Of a DNA stretch of 64,000 nucleotides, positions 26,817 through 39,830 are shown piece after piece. Numbering within the stretch: position 1 is the stretch's first letter; each line of letters opens with the position of its first letter. The stretch covers positions 48,424,001-48,488,000 of the forward strand of contig NC_087251.1 in NCBI RefSeq assembly GCF_037042905.1, written 5' to 3'. This DNA comes from Lytechinus pictus. Its lineage: Eukaryota. The notes under the pieces are model-generated. The model saw only the letters and a list, made by a program, of their open reading frames with translations, was not told the DNA's origin and searched no databases. The position numbers were made by a program, and so were the translations under genes.

Positions 26817-27311
26817 TTTTTTTTTTTAAACAAAATCGTAATTTATTGAGAAAAATCATCTCTATATGTCTCTATTTCATAAAACGTACACAAATATGGT
26901 TATTAGATCAATGTAATTTCAGGTAACTTGTTTTTTTTTAATCATTATGTAAAAACCAGGGTGAGATATAGACAAGTTTCAATGTTTTTTTTTTTTCATC
27001 TGCAAGAGCAGTGCGCATTTTAGCATGCATGCAGCTTGAGCGCCGTGATGGGCGAGTGCGCCAAGCATTTTATTATGAAATACACTTTTTTGGGGAAAAA
27101 TACAAAATATTTACCTCACAAGAAATATGCGCAATGTCCTTTGTAAACAAAGAGAAGCACAGTGAATTTTCCAGAAAACAATGAATGCATGAATGTACAT
27201 CATAGTTAGAAAATATTTTGAACAAACATGCATAATAGATGTTGACATTGCTGGCTGTCCATAGTTGTGATTGATCGGATCAATTGCAACTCTTTGTAAG
27301 ATGGGGCCCAG
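26472..27311. mobile_element. Harbinger-like palindromic MITE with a nested truncated element (~26692-27113)
   Basis: ggccccgtcttacaaagagttg / caactctttgtaagatggggcc arms. Related pieces at ~7797-8032 and ~47652-47785. Confidence 0.65.
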
Positions 27312-27513
27312 ATGTCACATCGTTTTGTCAAAGGACATTTCATTTCAAACATTAAAGTGTACCTGCTATACTCTAATCACTCATAATTCGACAACCGTTA
27401 GTCCAATAGCTACCATTTGCGTGACTTTTAATAAGGTTCCTTCCAGGCAAGAATAAGAACCACTACACCATGTTATGATGTCATAATGATGTCATTTTTG
27501 CGCTCTTAACTAG

Positions 27514-27653
27514 ATTTAATCTGAGTCCGTCACTGGATCTTGATGTGATTGCCGAGCAATGCCCTTTGACCCTGACTGGAGCTGACTTCTATGCACTGTG
27601 TTCTGATGCCATGCTTGGGGCTATCAAGAGAAAGATAGCAAGTCTAGAAGCAG
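27514..27653 (+). CDS. PEX6: PEX6 coding exon (AAA lid)
   Basis: actAG acceptor and GTaac donor; 140 nt. (K)FNLSPSLDLDVIAEQCPLTLTGADFYALCSDAMLGAIKRKIASLEA(G); TGADFYALCSDA is typical of PEX6. Confidence 0.95.
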
Positions 27654-28339
27654 GTAACCGCTCTCATTCAAATCATACCTTAACCTTTTTGAAATACAGC
27701 TTGGGAAATAATTATTAGACCACTTTCCTACGAAGCTCCAGTATTTTGCGGTCTAATAATTATTTCCCAAGGTGTACTTGTACATGTCTTACCTCCCCCA
27801 ATGCCTTAACCTCAATGAGTAATCTAGCTGTAAATGAGGCTGTGCAGTGTGTCGGGTTCTAGCCAAATACACTTGTAGATGATCGAAATGAAAGAGGAAA
27901 ATTGCGAGGATTTTTTTCTTGGAGATATGAACCATATAAGAAAAAAAAAATGTAATGAAAATAAAGACACATTGTGTGCAAAATTGATTTTAGGGAATTC
28001 AATCATTTCTGTACGGTGATGCTACATTTCTTAAATTGCTGAATTAAAAAAAAAAATGCATTTTATTTTTTCTTTTTCAAAGCGGCAGATCCAGTTATGG
28101 ATAAACTGAGCCTTGGGCTAATTTGGTCTTTATTGAAGTCAAAGTTAGGGAAGAAAATACAAAATATTGATCTTGTCAGTATAATGATGTTATCTATAGT
28201 GAGGGCAGGGGAAGGGATAAATCTGTTGATCAGTTTGTTGAAAATGGCATGTATTTCTGAGTTGTCTGTGTTCTTCACAACATTGTTGTACCAAAGATAC
28301 AAAAATCACCAAATTGAAGGCAGTTACTAGCAGACGAAT

Positions 28340-28600
28340 GGGTCGTGTGGTCCAGTTGTTAGAGCATTGGACTCATAATCGCAAGGTTGTGAGTTCGAAT
28401 CCACACTCTGCCATTGTATCCACTTTGATAAAAGGGCCCAGGAACAATATCTGTCGTCTATAAGGACAGTCACTATGACTGATTAAGCTAGACGTAAAAT
28501 GTTTCCCAGGTAATTGGTTATATACCAGCTTGGCGTTAACCACTAGCAAAACGCTGTCCTGCCGAGTTCGTGCGGGAGTTACCGTAAACAGAAACAGAAA
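28340..28600 (+). mobile_element. tRNA-derived SINE
   Basis: tggtccagttgttaga A box, gttcgaatcc B box, non-tRNA body and (AAACAG)n tail. Confidence 0.75.
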
Positions 28601-28798
28601 TGTAGAGGGCGTCAACACTTGTACTCAATCTTGATTGCATATTGTCATGCAAATCAGCTGATAGTGATTATAAAAGATACTGAACTTTAAAAGAACTGAA
28701 GTGATGTGGCAGGATAAAAGCTATATCCAGGTAATCCAGTAGTCCAATAAGTAACTAATGATTGCATTCTCTGGATTTGTTTCTTGTTTACTTTCCAG

Positions 28799-28938
28799 GT
28801 GAAACAACTGACCAAAGCAGCATAGTGGTCGAGGAGAACGACTTCTTGCAAGCTCTTGATAGATTAGTTCCATCTATCTCAGAGCTTGAACTCAATCATT
28901 ACAAACAGATCCAAAACAGAATAAGCAGGGGCTTATAA
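28799..28938 (+). CDS. PEX6: PEX6 terminal coding exon, stop TAA 28936-28938
   Basis: ttccAG acceptor and phase match with the previous exon. (G)ETTDQSSIVVEENDFLQALDRLVPSISELELNHYKQIQNRISRGL*. Confidence 0.92.
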
Positions 28939-28972
28939 GTCTATATGACAGATCTTTCCAAATTTTTTCAAA

Positions 28973-29430
28973 AGGTGGTGTAAATCACTCGGTAAGAAGA
29001 CCTTGTCTATTTGGGATAAGACTAAATACTTGCAATGTGCGTTGGTTCGAGTCCCACTCATGGCGAAAGACGTCTTACAAAACAGGGGAGCGTTTCATCA
29101 ATATTTTCATCCGACAAGTTGTCAGATCTTACATCTTTCCTTGATTCTGATTGGCTGAGAGGCACTGTTCCTATGGTAACTGTCGGATAAACTGGTACTT
29201 GTCGGATAAAATGTCCGACAAGTCCTTTCATGAAACGCCCCCCAGATGTGCTTGCTGTATTCAGTGCAGGTGTGAATTCAGTTGGAAGACACTCCGTCCA
29301 TTGGAATGGATGCTGCTGTTGGTCCTGTGTGTAGGAGGGTCACAACCTATCCATGTTAAAACCATTACACTGTGCATAACAGAGGAGGGTGTTCACTCGG
29401 TGTATTGCACCTGCTGGACCCTGCAATACT
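28973..29430 (+). mobile_element. Degenerate tRNA-derived SINE just after the PEX6 stop codon
   Basis: B box ggttcgagtccc at ~29044; body continues after the nested MITE. Confidence 0.5.
29086..29242. mobile_element. Harbinger-like MITE with CAG TSD, nested in a SINE in the PEX6 3' region
   Basis: gggagcgtttcat / atgaaacgccccc termini with cag on both sides; second copy at ~31197-31348. Confidence 0.75.
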
Positions 29431-29570
29431 ACAAGAAACTTCAGAATTGCAGGAGGCAGCATAGCTCAAAGAAGAAGAATAAGGAGGAGGAGAAGAAGAA
29501 GGAAGCGGTGGTAGAAACAGAATGAAAAATGATAAAATTTTAGAAAGGAGCAGAAAAGGAATTTAAAGAA

Positions 29571-29616
29571 GGAGGAGGAGGAGGAGGAGGAGGAGGAGGA
29601 GGAGGAGGAGGAGGGA

Positions 29617-29683
<67 letters not shown>

Positions 29684-29684
29684 A

Positions 29685-29717
<33 letters not shown>

Positions 29718-29762
29718 GAAGAAGAAGAAGAAGAGAAAAGGGAGGACAAGTAAGAGGAGGAG
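29571..29762. repeat. Compound polypurine microsatellite (GGA)n-(GA)n-(G)n-(GGA)n-(GAA)n
   Basis: Read directly from the sequence. Confidence 0.97.
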
Positions 29763-29961
29763 GCTTGCAACTATGTTTCCTCCACGTCAGAACTAAATTT
29801 CACCTATAAATGTGCTCCAATGGATGCCAGTGAGTGTTAAAGATCTCAGATTTTGATGGATCTGGGTTGATCCGTCAATCATGAAGTACAAAAATATTAC
29901 AGTCAAACAAAAACTGACCAGGTGTAAGAAATTGAAGTGCAATTAGTCTGATATTCTATTA

Positions 29962-30874
29962 CAGGGGTTCTCAAACTACGGCCCGCGGGCCGAATCCGGC
30001 CCGCGAGACTCTGCTGGGTTTTTTTTTAATCACTTTTAAGTCAAAATATGAAACATAGCTAAATATGATTACATTGTGTATCCAATCATGAAACCGTAAT
30101 AAAAGTGATGGCAGTCAAATTGATTTGACTTTTAAACAAAGCTTAGTGGAGTCTTTTCTGTCTGTTCTACTTTTTTATTAGATGACCAGCGCGGCGCTAC
30201 ATTGAAAAAAAGGTAGCTTCATGTCAAACGTTGATAACACGTTGCATTTAAAAACACGTGTGCACACATTCCAACACGCGATCAATTTGGTTAAAACGTG
30301 TTGGTTCAGTTCTGCAGATTTTCTCAGGGGTACATTAGTCATCATTAATTGTTAGCCAGGTCAAGATGGCATCAAATTCTGCAATGAAAAGAAAGGTGGA
30401 TGCTGAAAATTGTGTTTTCCGTGAAGAATGGACAGACAAGTATGCATTCATTTTGCAATCGAGCACATTGCCAATGTGTTAGCCAATCTACTTTGACTAC
30501 AAAAAAATATTGATAGGCCTACTACAAAACATTATCTGTCCCTTCAGTTCCACGTATGTGTTAAAATTGACATAGGTACAATCTACATTCCTTTTAACAA
30601 AGTACAACAATTTTGTTGTCATTACTATTGACTCTCGCTGTATTTTGAAATCTTTTCTAATTTTGCCTGTGTTCCATATGAAACTGTTATATTAATTTGT
30701 TGGATTAAATTCCCCCCAAATAAGGGCCAGATTGCACCAGAGAGCATCTAGGTCCCCAGCCGCAAGAGACTTCGCGCACATTTTTTTTCTTCTAAGTATC
30801 CACTTTACCCTGGCCCTTTCAGGTTTATTTCGAGTCTCATCTGGCCCTTCAAAGAAGAAGTTTGAGAACCCCTG
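29962..30874 (+). mobile_element. Internally deleted hAT (Charlie/SPIN/Buster-type) transposon
   Basis: TIR caggggttctcaaact / agtttgagaacccctg; perfect 8-bp TSD ttctatta. Residual transposase N-terminus MASNSAMKRKVDAENCVFREEWTDKYAFI at 30366-30482. Confidence 0.9.
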
Positions 30875-30949
30875 TTCTATTATGTATTTAGCAATTTATA
30901 TATCATAAATGATTAAGGGAATACATCTTTTTCCTTGATTTATTTTTAA

Positions 30950-30969
30950 AATAAAACTGAATAAATAAA
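30950..30969 (+). terminator. Candidate PEX6 polyadenylation signal cluster (three AATAAA)
   Basis: aataaaactgaataaataaa about 2 kb after the stop. Not unique in AT-rich DNA. Confidence 0.3.
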
Positions 30970-32955
30970 TAGTTTTGTTAGTATTCCATTATTAAAGGGA
31001 TGCCCTGAATCATCTCTTCAGTTTTAGCCAATGTAACGTGGTTACTTACATGGATTATATTATTGGTCGCATATTTTTACAGTTGTATTCTCTTTCTCAC
31101 TACTCGCTCAGTAGAATTTCATGTACATTACACATGATAGGTTGTTTACATAATATACTTTACTTTGGATGAATGTATCAAGTTCAAATGTCTCCTGGAG
31201 AACATTTCATCAACATTTTTTCCTATAAATTGTCTGATCCGACATCTCTCCTTGATTTTGATAGGTGGAGAAATACAGTTTCTATGGTAAATGTTGGATA
31301 AAACAGGACTTGTTGGATGAAACAAGTCCTTTCATGAAAAGCTCCCCCATGTATCCCTTATGGGGCCCGTTACACCAAGTTTAGTGAAGGATATATTTTT
31401 TTTCCAGCAATTTTTCGTTATCTATATCTCTTGTCAGGTGGTATGCTTCATGCATATAGCTGACATGTGAATGTAATGGGGTTTTTTTTCTTTTCAATAC
31501 TGAATATGAGTGCTTTGGGAAAATGGCCTCTTGGTGTCCATTGTTGTTGGTAATATTCTTAAAGATTTTTTAAATTTTTAATTCATGTTTATGTCAGTTT
31601 GTAACTGAGATGCGATGATTTCATTCAAATCTATCTTCTTTGAAGAATTGCCCAATAAGGTTCTCCATATTTTTTAGCTTAATGTCAACAATCAGAGATT
31701 TGAAATATAGGTAATAAAAGGTATGTAAACCCCTAAAAAAGATACCCCTAAAAAATATATATATATTTTTTTGAGATGGTAATTAATTTCTTATTCTGGC
31801 ATCATCTTCATTGTAAAGGAAAATGGTATAATTGGAAACCTTGATTATTCCTTTTTACCATGATGTGTCATTTTTAAATAGTAATTTAATCATGGATTCT
31901 TGATAAATTTGCATCGATGTCAAAATTCAATGTTGCTAACTCTGTTGGTGTCAGTAGTGATTTCAATTGCAGTGGTTTCAATGTTTTTCAACATTTAATA
32001 TTTATAAAAGATTTCACTTCAAACCAAATTGAATCACCATGGCAACATTAAAAACACATTCTTTTAGTTATGTACTGTTTATCAAATCTTTTAAATTACA
32101 GTGTTCATGAATAGATAGTCCTAGTACAGGAGGCAAAATGATACATGTATTCTATGTGCTTATGCATTAAAGGAAGACCATGCAACAGATAAGCTTTCCA
32201 ATATGATCTTTGACTTGGTCATTTGTTCTTTCATGAAATTGGAATGCAGAAGCTTGCTATGTTGGGCAATATATGTAACATATTCTTTTCAAAGGTGTAA
32301 GTGTCACCTATTGAGATGCACTTGAAGTCATTTATTGAAATTTTGAGACCCATAATCAAAATACCGGAACCCAATATTGGGCTTTGTTAATGAATTATCT
32401 TTACATTGTCATTACAATGACAATTTTAGAAGATCAATTAATGGTTATATGACACATGTATATCTATTTGATTATTGCAATAAATATATACCAGATGTAC
32501 TGTACATGTACATATATGTTATTCCTGTTAAGACCCATTTGTTTATCATGAGCATAATTGAAAGAGAGATCTGTGGTTCATATTGTATTTCTGGGAATTG
32601 TGTGTGCATAAGATAGTTTTTGTATGTAATTCATGTGTTCACTAAAACCATTAAAATATTTAAAGTATTGAAATTTGAGTTTCTTTTTTTTTTCAGCAAA
32701 GTAAGAAAGACAATTCTTTTCAATACTTGTTTTGCTTCACTTGCTTTCCCTATATATATATATATATTTTTTTTTGTCAGCGAGAGTTGGGTGTAATCAA
32801 GTAATACATTCACTCATAGGAATTGGAACAATGATATAGTATACTTTCATGGAAACAACTGCAGCAGGTTTTTGTTTATCGTAATGACGATTAATATCCT
32901 CCTCCAGTCCGTACTCCCTTCCTCCTCGTCCATATTCTTGCTTTTCTCTTCTTTA

Positions 32956-33653
32956 TTGTCTCGCCTGCATAGCATAGTGAGACTATAGGCGCTGCTTTTC
33001 CGACGGTGGCGGCGGCGTTGTCAACATGAAATCTTAAAGCAAGGTTAAGTTTTTGAAATGACATAACTTAAAAAGTATATGGACCTAGTTCATGGAACTT
33101 GGACATAAGGGTAAGAACTAAGACATAAGGGTAATCAAGTATTACTCAACATCCTGCCGTGTTTCAGGTCACATGACCAAGGTCAAAGGTCATATAGGGT
33201 CAATGAACTTAGACCATGTTGGGGGAATCAATATTGAAATCTTAACCTAAGATTTAGGTTTTGAAATGTGTTCATGAAACTTACACATAAGGGTAATTAA
33301 GTATTACCGAACATCCTGTGTGAGTTTCAGGTAACTTGACCTAGGTCAAAGGTAATTTAGGGTCAATGAACTTTGGGCATGTTGGGGGTATTTGTTGAAT
33401 TTCCATCATTACTTTGAAAGTTTATGGATATAGTTAATGAAATGTGGACATAGGGGTAATCCAGTATCATTGCTCATCTTGCATAAGTCGTAGGTCACTT
33501 GATCAAGGTCAAATGTCATTTAGGGTCAATGAACTTAGTATTGTATGAATGGGTTTTGGGGGGAATAATTATGTTAGTCATTTTCAAAGTCAGCATTGCT
33601 GCTACATTGAATCGTGTAATGCAGGCAAGACTGCCAGAGGCGTTCTACTTGTT
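32956..33653 (+). mobile_element. HINE-like element copy (2-3 units)
   Basis: Same terminal modules and repeat unit as 696-2043. Confidence 0.8.
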
Positions 33654-34879
33654 TTGATTTGATTCTTCTCGTGCATTTTATAATTAAATATTATCTCTAC
33701 ATCATCATTGTATTGACAACTTTAGATCAAAGGAATGGTTATAGTTAACATCTATGTTTTCTATTTTTTTAATGCAATGAGTATGTAGCAGATGTATATG
33801 TATTAATGTACATCTGATACATGTGCATCATATTTGTGTTCAGACCTCTTAGTTTGTCATGTTTGCATGAGGGAATTGTGATGGAGATCTTTTGTGCATT
33901 TTCTCGATGACTTGTCCATGATAATTTATGTCTCGTAAGAACAACGTTACTTTTGAATGTATTTGTTTTTGTCTTGTTTTGTGGGGAAAAAATGTTGAAA
34001 ATCTGTGTTTCCTTTCTTCTCTCAGCGTTTTCTCCATCTCCTTCCTTCTTCTTCTTCCTTCTTCTTCTCCTTCTTCCTTCTTCTTTGACTTCTTTTTCGT
34101 GCTTTAAATTCCTTTTCTGCTTCTTTCTTAAATTTCATAATTTTTCATTCTTTTTCTACCACTGCTTCTTCCTCCTTTCATATCTGCTCCGACCGTGAGG
34201 ACAGCGGTCATCTTCTGGAAATCCTGTCACAACCAATCGACACAAGTTTATTTTACTACTTCTTGCCTATTGTCTTTCAGATGAGGCTTTAAGCCGTCGG
34301 TCCCGTGTAAGAGAGAGCCACACAGTGTACTTTAAAGAACATGCTTTACGCCTTTATCGTTTGTAAAGAGTTGGAAGTAATCCCAATGAAGGAGTAATTG
34401 ACATTTAAATTTAGCTATTATTTGTAAACAATGGGATAAATAAGAGGATATTATTACTATGCTTCTTTTTAGAACAACTCTTTCTCCCTCATATGACATA
34501 CATGTGTTGTTTTTACCAACTATCATCGGGGCAGGGGGGGGGGGGGAGGGTGGTCAAACTATGATAATGATTTTGTTTATTTCTTATATGTGTGGAAAAT
34601 GGGAGATCAACTGCCCGGCAGTGTTTTTCGGGAGTGGATCCCTCAGACCATAGTCTCAAGCCTATTGTTTAAGAACTGCGTCAATCCTTAAAATGCAAAT
34701 TTTACTATTTATATCCATAGTCTATTAGGAATCCATGTAACGTTTAGTGGGCCCCTCGATTAACATCAGAATACATTTTGTATATCCCTGTGTAATTTGA
34801 TTTCGTTTTATGTACTTCAAATTAGGCAGCATAGCTTGCCATTTTACAAAAATGAATTATGAATACCTTGCAATAGGCA

Positions 34880-36632
34880 TTTTTGTCTCACCTGCATAGC
34901 AGAGTGAGACTATAGGCGCTGCTTTTCCGACGGCGGCTGCGATGGCGGCCGCATACATTCGTAATTCCGAAGCTTCGTAATTCCGAAGCTTCGTTATTCC
35001 GAAGGTTCGTTAATCCGAAAACGAAATAAGGTTCGTAATTCCGAAGGTTCGTTAGTCCGAAAACGAAATGAGGTCCGAAGGTTCGTTAATCCGAAAACGA
35101 AAGGAGGTTCGTAATTCCGAAGGTTCGTTAGTCCGAAAACGAAATGATTAACGAACCTTATTTCGTTTTCGGACTAACGAACCTTATTTCGTTTTCGGAT
35201 TATCGAACCTTCGGAAAAACGAACCTTCGGAATAACGCCACAAATGTTCGGATTAACGAACCCTTTTACGTTTTCGGATTAACGAACATCGAGGTATAGG
35301 CAATTTACGTGTTTCGGAATTACGAACCTTCGGAATAAAGAACCTTCGGAATTTAGAACCTTCGGAATTACGAAGTGTAACCGATGGCGGCGTCAACACC
35401 ACATCTTAATCGAAGGTTAAGTTTTTGAAATGACAGCATAACTTAGAAAGTATATGGACCTAGTTCATGCAACTTGTACATAAAGTTAATCAAGTATTAC
35501 TGAACATCCTGCCTGACTTTCAAGTCACATGACCAAGGTCAAAGGTCATTTAGGGTCAATGAACTTTGGCCAAGTTGAGGTTTTTGGTTGAATTACCATC
35601 ATAACTTTGAAAGTTTATTGGTCTAGTTCATAAAACTTGGATATAAGAGTACTAGTAATCAAGTATCACTGAAAATCCTGTGCGGATTTCAGGTCACATG
35701 ACCAAGGTCAAAGGTCAATGATCTTTGGCAATGTTGGAGGTATATGTTGAATTACCATCATAACTTTGACAGTTTATGGATCTGATTCATGAAACTTGGA
35801 CATAAGAATAATCAAGTATCACTGAACATCCTGTGTGATTTTCAGGTCACATGATCAAGGTCAAAGGTCATTTAAGGTCAATGAACTTTGGCCAAATCGG
35901 GGGTATTTGTTGAATTACCATCATAACTTTGAAAGTTTATTGGTCTAGTTCATAAAACTTGGATATTAGAGTATTCAAGTATCACTGAACGTCCTGTGTG
36001 GATTCAGGCACATGACCAAGGTCAAAGGTCAATGAACTTTGGCCATGTTGGGGGTATCTGTTGAATTACCATCATAACTGAAAGTTTATGGATCTGATTC
36101 ATGAAACTTGGACATAAGAGTAATCAAGTGTCACTGAACATCCTGTGTGAGTTTCAGGTCACATGACCAAGGTCAAAGGTCAATGGACTTTGGCTATGAT
36201 GGGGGTATTTGTTGAATAATTATCAAAACTCTGAAAATGTATGGACGTAGTTCATAAAACTTGGACATAAGAGTAATCAAGTATCACTGAACATCTCATG
36301 TGAGTTTCAGGTCACATGAACAAAGTCAAAGGTCATTTAAGGTCATTGAACTTTGGCCATTTTGGAGGTAATTATTAGATTGCTGTCATAACTTTCAAAG
36401 TTTATAGATATAGTTTATGAAATGTGGATATAGGGGTAATCAAGTATCACTGACAACTCTTAGGTCGCATGATCAAGGTCAAATGTCATTTATTGTCAAT
36501 GTATGTGGTATTGTATTTTTATATAAATGGTGTTTTTGTGAATAATTATTTTGTAGTAGTTTTCAAAGTCAGCACTGCTGCTCTATTGAATCGCGTGATG
36601 CAGGTGGGACTGCCAGAGGCGCTCCACTTGTT
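34880..36632 (+). mobile_element. HINE-like element copy (6-7 units) with a nested foldback MITE
   Basis: Same terminal modules; interrupted in its GGC microsatellite at 34950-35382. Confidence 0.8.
34950..35382. mobile_element. Foldback (Mutator-like) MITE built from ~16-bp repeats
   Basis: ttccgaaggttcgtaa units in the left half, inverted in the right half. 9-bp TSD gatggcggc at 34941-34949 and 35383-35391. Confidence 0.75.
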
Positions 36633-36726
36633 GGTGTTTTATATGCAAATATTTGTTAGTTTGATTTTTTTTTTTTGGGGGGGGGAGGGAGTAAATTAGA
36701 TAATTCATACCAATATTCATCTTTTC

Positions 36727-37005
36727 AATAATAATGATAATAATATAGGGTATTTATATTGCGCACATATCCACCTTGTTAGGTGCTCAAGGCGCTCCTA
36801 TATTACCCGGCTAAGCTAGGCGTTCATAGCGCACACAGCTTTTTAAGGAATTACTTCCTACCGGTACCCATTTACCTCACCTGGGTTGAGTGCAGCACAC
36901 TGTGGATCAGTTTCTTGCTGAAGGAAATTACGCCATGGCTGGGATTCGAACCCACGACCCTCTGTTTCAAAGTCCGAAGACTAATCCACTGGGCCACAAC
37001 GCTCC
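36727..37005 (-). mobile_element. tRNA-derived SINE (well preserved)
   Basis: Minus strand reads tggcccagtggattag (A box), ggttcgaatccc (B box), cactcaacccaggtg..taaatgggtacc core and (ATT)n tail. Confidence 0.88.
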
Positions 37006-39299
37006 ACAACAACGACAAAAAAAAAAAAAAAAAAGGGGAATTAGCCAAAAGTATTTGGGGGAAAAACATGGCACATGGAGCGAATTTTATTTAAAAATCG
37101 CGAACAAGCGGTCGAAAATTTTTAACTTTTTACACCAAAATGAAAATGCATGTATAAATGTATAATCTTAAAATAACATAATATTTCACCCAACTTCCCT
37201 TTTCATTTTTTCTTCTTGGCCGTATTTTTTATTTATTTTTATTGAGAGGGCTGGAGGGCCATGTGCCCCGAACCCTTCTATTTATACGCTAGTGACAGTG
37301 ACCGTATTTTTGGGGAAATTTTGTAATTCATTGAAACAAATGAATTCTAAGTTTGCTATATACGGTTACTAAAAAATCAATGCAGGCCTGCAATCTCGAC
37401 TCGTTTGACTGCTCGTTTGACATCGTTACAGTAGGAAATGTGTCGATAATCAAGTGAAGCAGAAATTAATAATCCATAAATCAATGAACAACTATAAAAG
37501 CACCAGTGATACTGTTTGCACGCACTAAGTGCTTACAAATTTATATATGGGAACAGGGCAGCTGGCTATTGGCTGCTCTCTGCATTGAGGGCTCGCAGCT
37601 GCAGCGGGCGCGCCAAATTCCCACTATTTCTTTTCGTATGAGCATGGATTACTCTTCATATATCGGAACTGTGGAAACGTGGAAATGGTGAACGGTTTTA
37701 CAAGAAATAATAAACTTGTGAAAAATTGTCATACGATATTGTATTTTTTGAGTGTTGGAATTTTTTGTTTTAATGAGAGAGTTTTCGTAGATGGAGCAGG
37801 GGCCTCGGAAACGGAGGGGGTGGGTGGGCTTCAGCACCCCGCCCCACTTCAAACCGTGTACAAAAACGTAAAAAGGATTTTTTGCATGGTCAGCAACCCC
37901 CCCCCCCCCACTTTCAAAACCGTTTTCCGCAGCTGGTACTAGGTTCGCTAGGCCTACTGGTTATGCACATGAGCATTCAAACGAGTATTCATAGACCGGT
38001 TTTATATGCCTATATGATTTTATTCATGGCTATTCACAGGAAATTTCTGAACAATTAATTGCTGATTTTTTTTATGGTCTGAATTATTTTTTGTATACCC
38101 TTTGCGAGAGTGGGGTTCTGTAATATTCGCAACTCAAAAACTGGGACGTACAAACTATAGGGTTTCGATGATTTTATAAGTCAATTCAACTTTTGTTATA
38201 TGCAACGTGTTTTATATCCTGATATAATTATACAAAACCGCCCAAGAGAGTCAACTCCCCTTCCTAAGGTTTATGTTGCTACGTTATCAAGACTTTATCA
38301 AGAAATCTTTTATTGATATAAGCCTCGAAAATTGAACAAATTCTTTTATATGCATGCAGTGACGGCTGCCAGTCAAGAGCTTTGCCCCCCCCCCTCCCTT
38401 CCACCCCTGTTGCCCCAGAAATTGTGAAAAACTTGAAAAAATGTAGAAATTGTGAAAAACTGGGGGGGGGATGTATAGTATTAATGTGATAGTTGTCGAT
38501 ATTTCGTGAAAACATCTTTATGCACTCCGTCATGAATACGCATTAGTTAGGCTCATGATGTCATATCCCCACTTTATATTACATGAAATCATATTTATTT
38601 AACATATACATAGGCCTACATAATTATCATGTTTGTATGATACTACCTCTGTAACAAAGAATCAGTTGCCAATCCAATTTTCTCATTCTTGTAGGACAAA
38701 ATTGAATAAACATAATTTCATACGATGAAATACATAATAAAAGATTAAGTGGGGATCAGCTTCCTCATAACATATAAAGACATGCATGGACCTATTTATT
38801 GAAAAAAATCAAAAGCTTCAAATGTCATAACCATGTTATTCATTGCCAGAATTTGATGAAATTTGCAATGTCTTGTTCGTGTGTTTTTCTCTGTCCGTTC
38901 ATGTCATATTTCTGTTCTGCCTGGAGTACCCCTTTTAATGTTAATGCTTTGTTATATAGTTAATATAAACCATGCGAATCAATTCTTCTTAACCCGGTTA
39001 TATTATGACGAATGACGTAACGAAATTACATACGAGGGTTACACCCGGGGATTCAAACCTGGATACTAATAAATTGTAATGGTTTTAGGGAGTAGGCCTA
39101 GAACGCCCCCCACTCCTTAAAACGCCATTTTATTAATGTTTAAATCATTTGAGAAAACGAATATGTCAATATCAATCGTCGATGAACTTGTAAAAATAAC
39201 CTCTGCGAAGCTTTTGATGAAGTATATATAGGCAATATTTATTTTCCACTCGTCTGGGGTATTGCGATAAATTTTTTCTTACCCGATCTTCACCCGACA

Positions 39300-39830
39300 C
39301 GATAAACGGAGCATGCGCATTGGCAATGAATGCAATATAGTGGGTCCACATTGGTTAGGAAAGACTGGCAGGTGGAGGTGCGTGGAATCATTCCATATCT
39401 ACTCTAGATTAGCCTTCAAAACACCTGTTGAAAGTCCAGATACGTTTTTTTTAAACTTTAACACATTTTTTATGTATCGATAGATTATGAAAAATATTCC
39501 TCTGATCATACGACGAACGAACATGGATGAGAGTTAGTACTCGCTTCCTCTCTAAAGTAGCAGTCCCTCCAAAAACATGTGCATGATGCGCAGATGAAGT
39601 TTGTTTATAGCAATGATGCGATACGAGTCGTTGTCGTCGCTTCAATCACTTTAATGCGATCCCATCAGGTGCGGGTTTTTTGCGACTTCATTAATATTCA
39701 TAAATTATGAAGCAACGCTCAGCCAATCAGCGAGCTCGACATCCTAGCAGGCAATTAACATGACTAGGTGTGGAGCAAGCTTACCCCCCCCCCCCTCTTC
39801 CACTCTGTCTCTCTCTCTCTTTCTCTCTTC
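39300..39830 (+). promoter_or_regulatory. Candidate promoter of the K2P channel gene
   Basis: CpG-richer unique sequence about 1 kb upstream of the ATG, with gcatgcgca (~39311), ATTGG (~39350), agCCAATcag (39721-39730) and a C/CT tract. Confidence 0.35.

Noticed and set aside
29540..29770. Ser/Pro/Leu-rich minus-strand ORF
   Set aside because: Translation of the polypurine microsatellite.
34950..35382. Short palindromic repeats resembling CRISPR or iterons
   Set aside because: No spacers; orientation flips at the centre and a TSD is present, which fits a foldback MITE.
36930..37005. tRNA gene (also 28340-28410 and 51965-52036)
   Set aside because: A and B boxes are present, but each continues into a SINE body and tail and lacks a convincing acceptor stem.
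37829..37850. REST/RE1-like ttcagcacc upstream of an ion channel gene
   Set aside because: Only the left half-site is present, and it lies inside a degenerate G/C-tract MITE.
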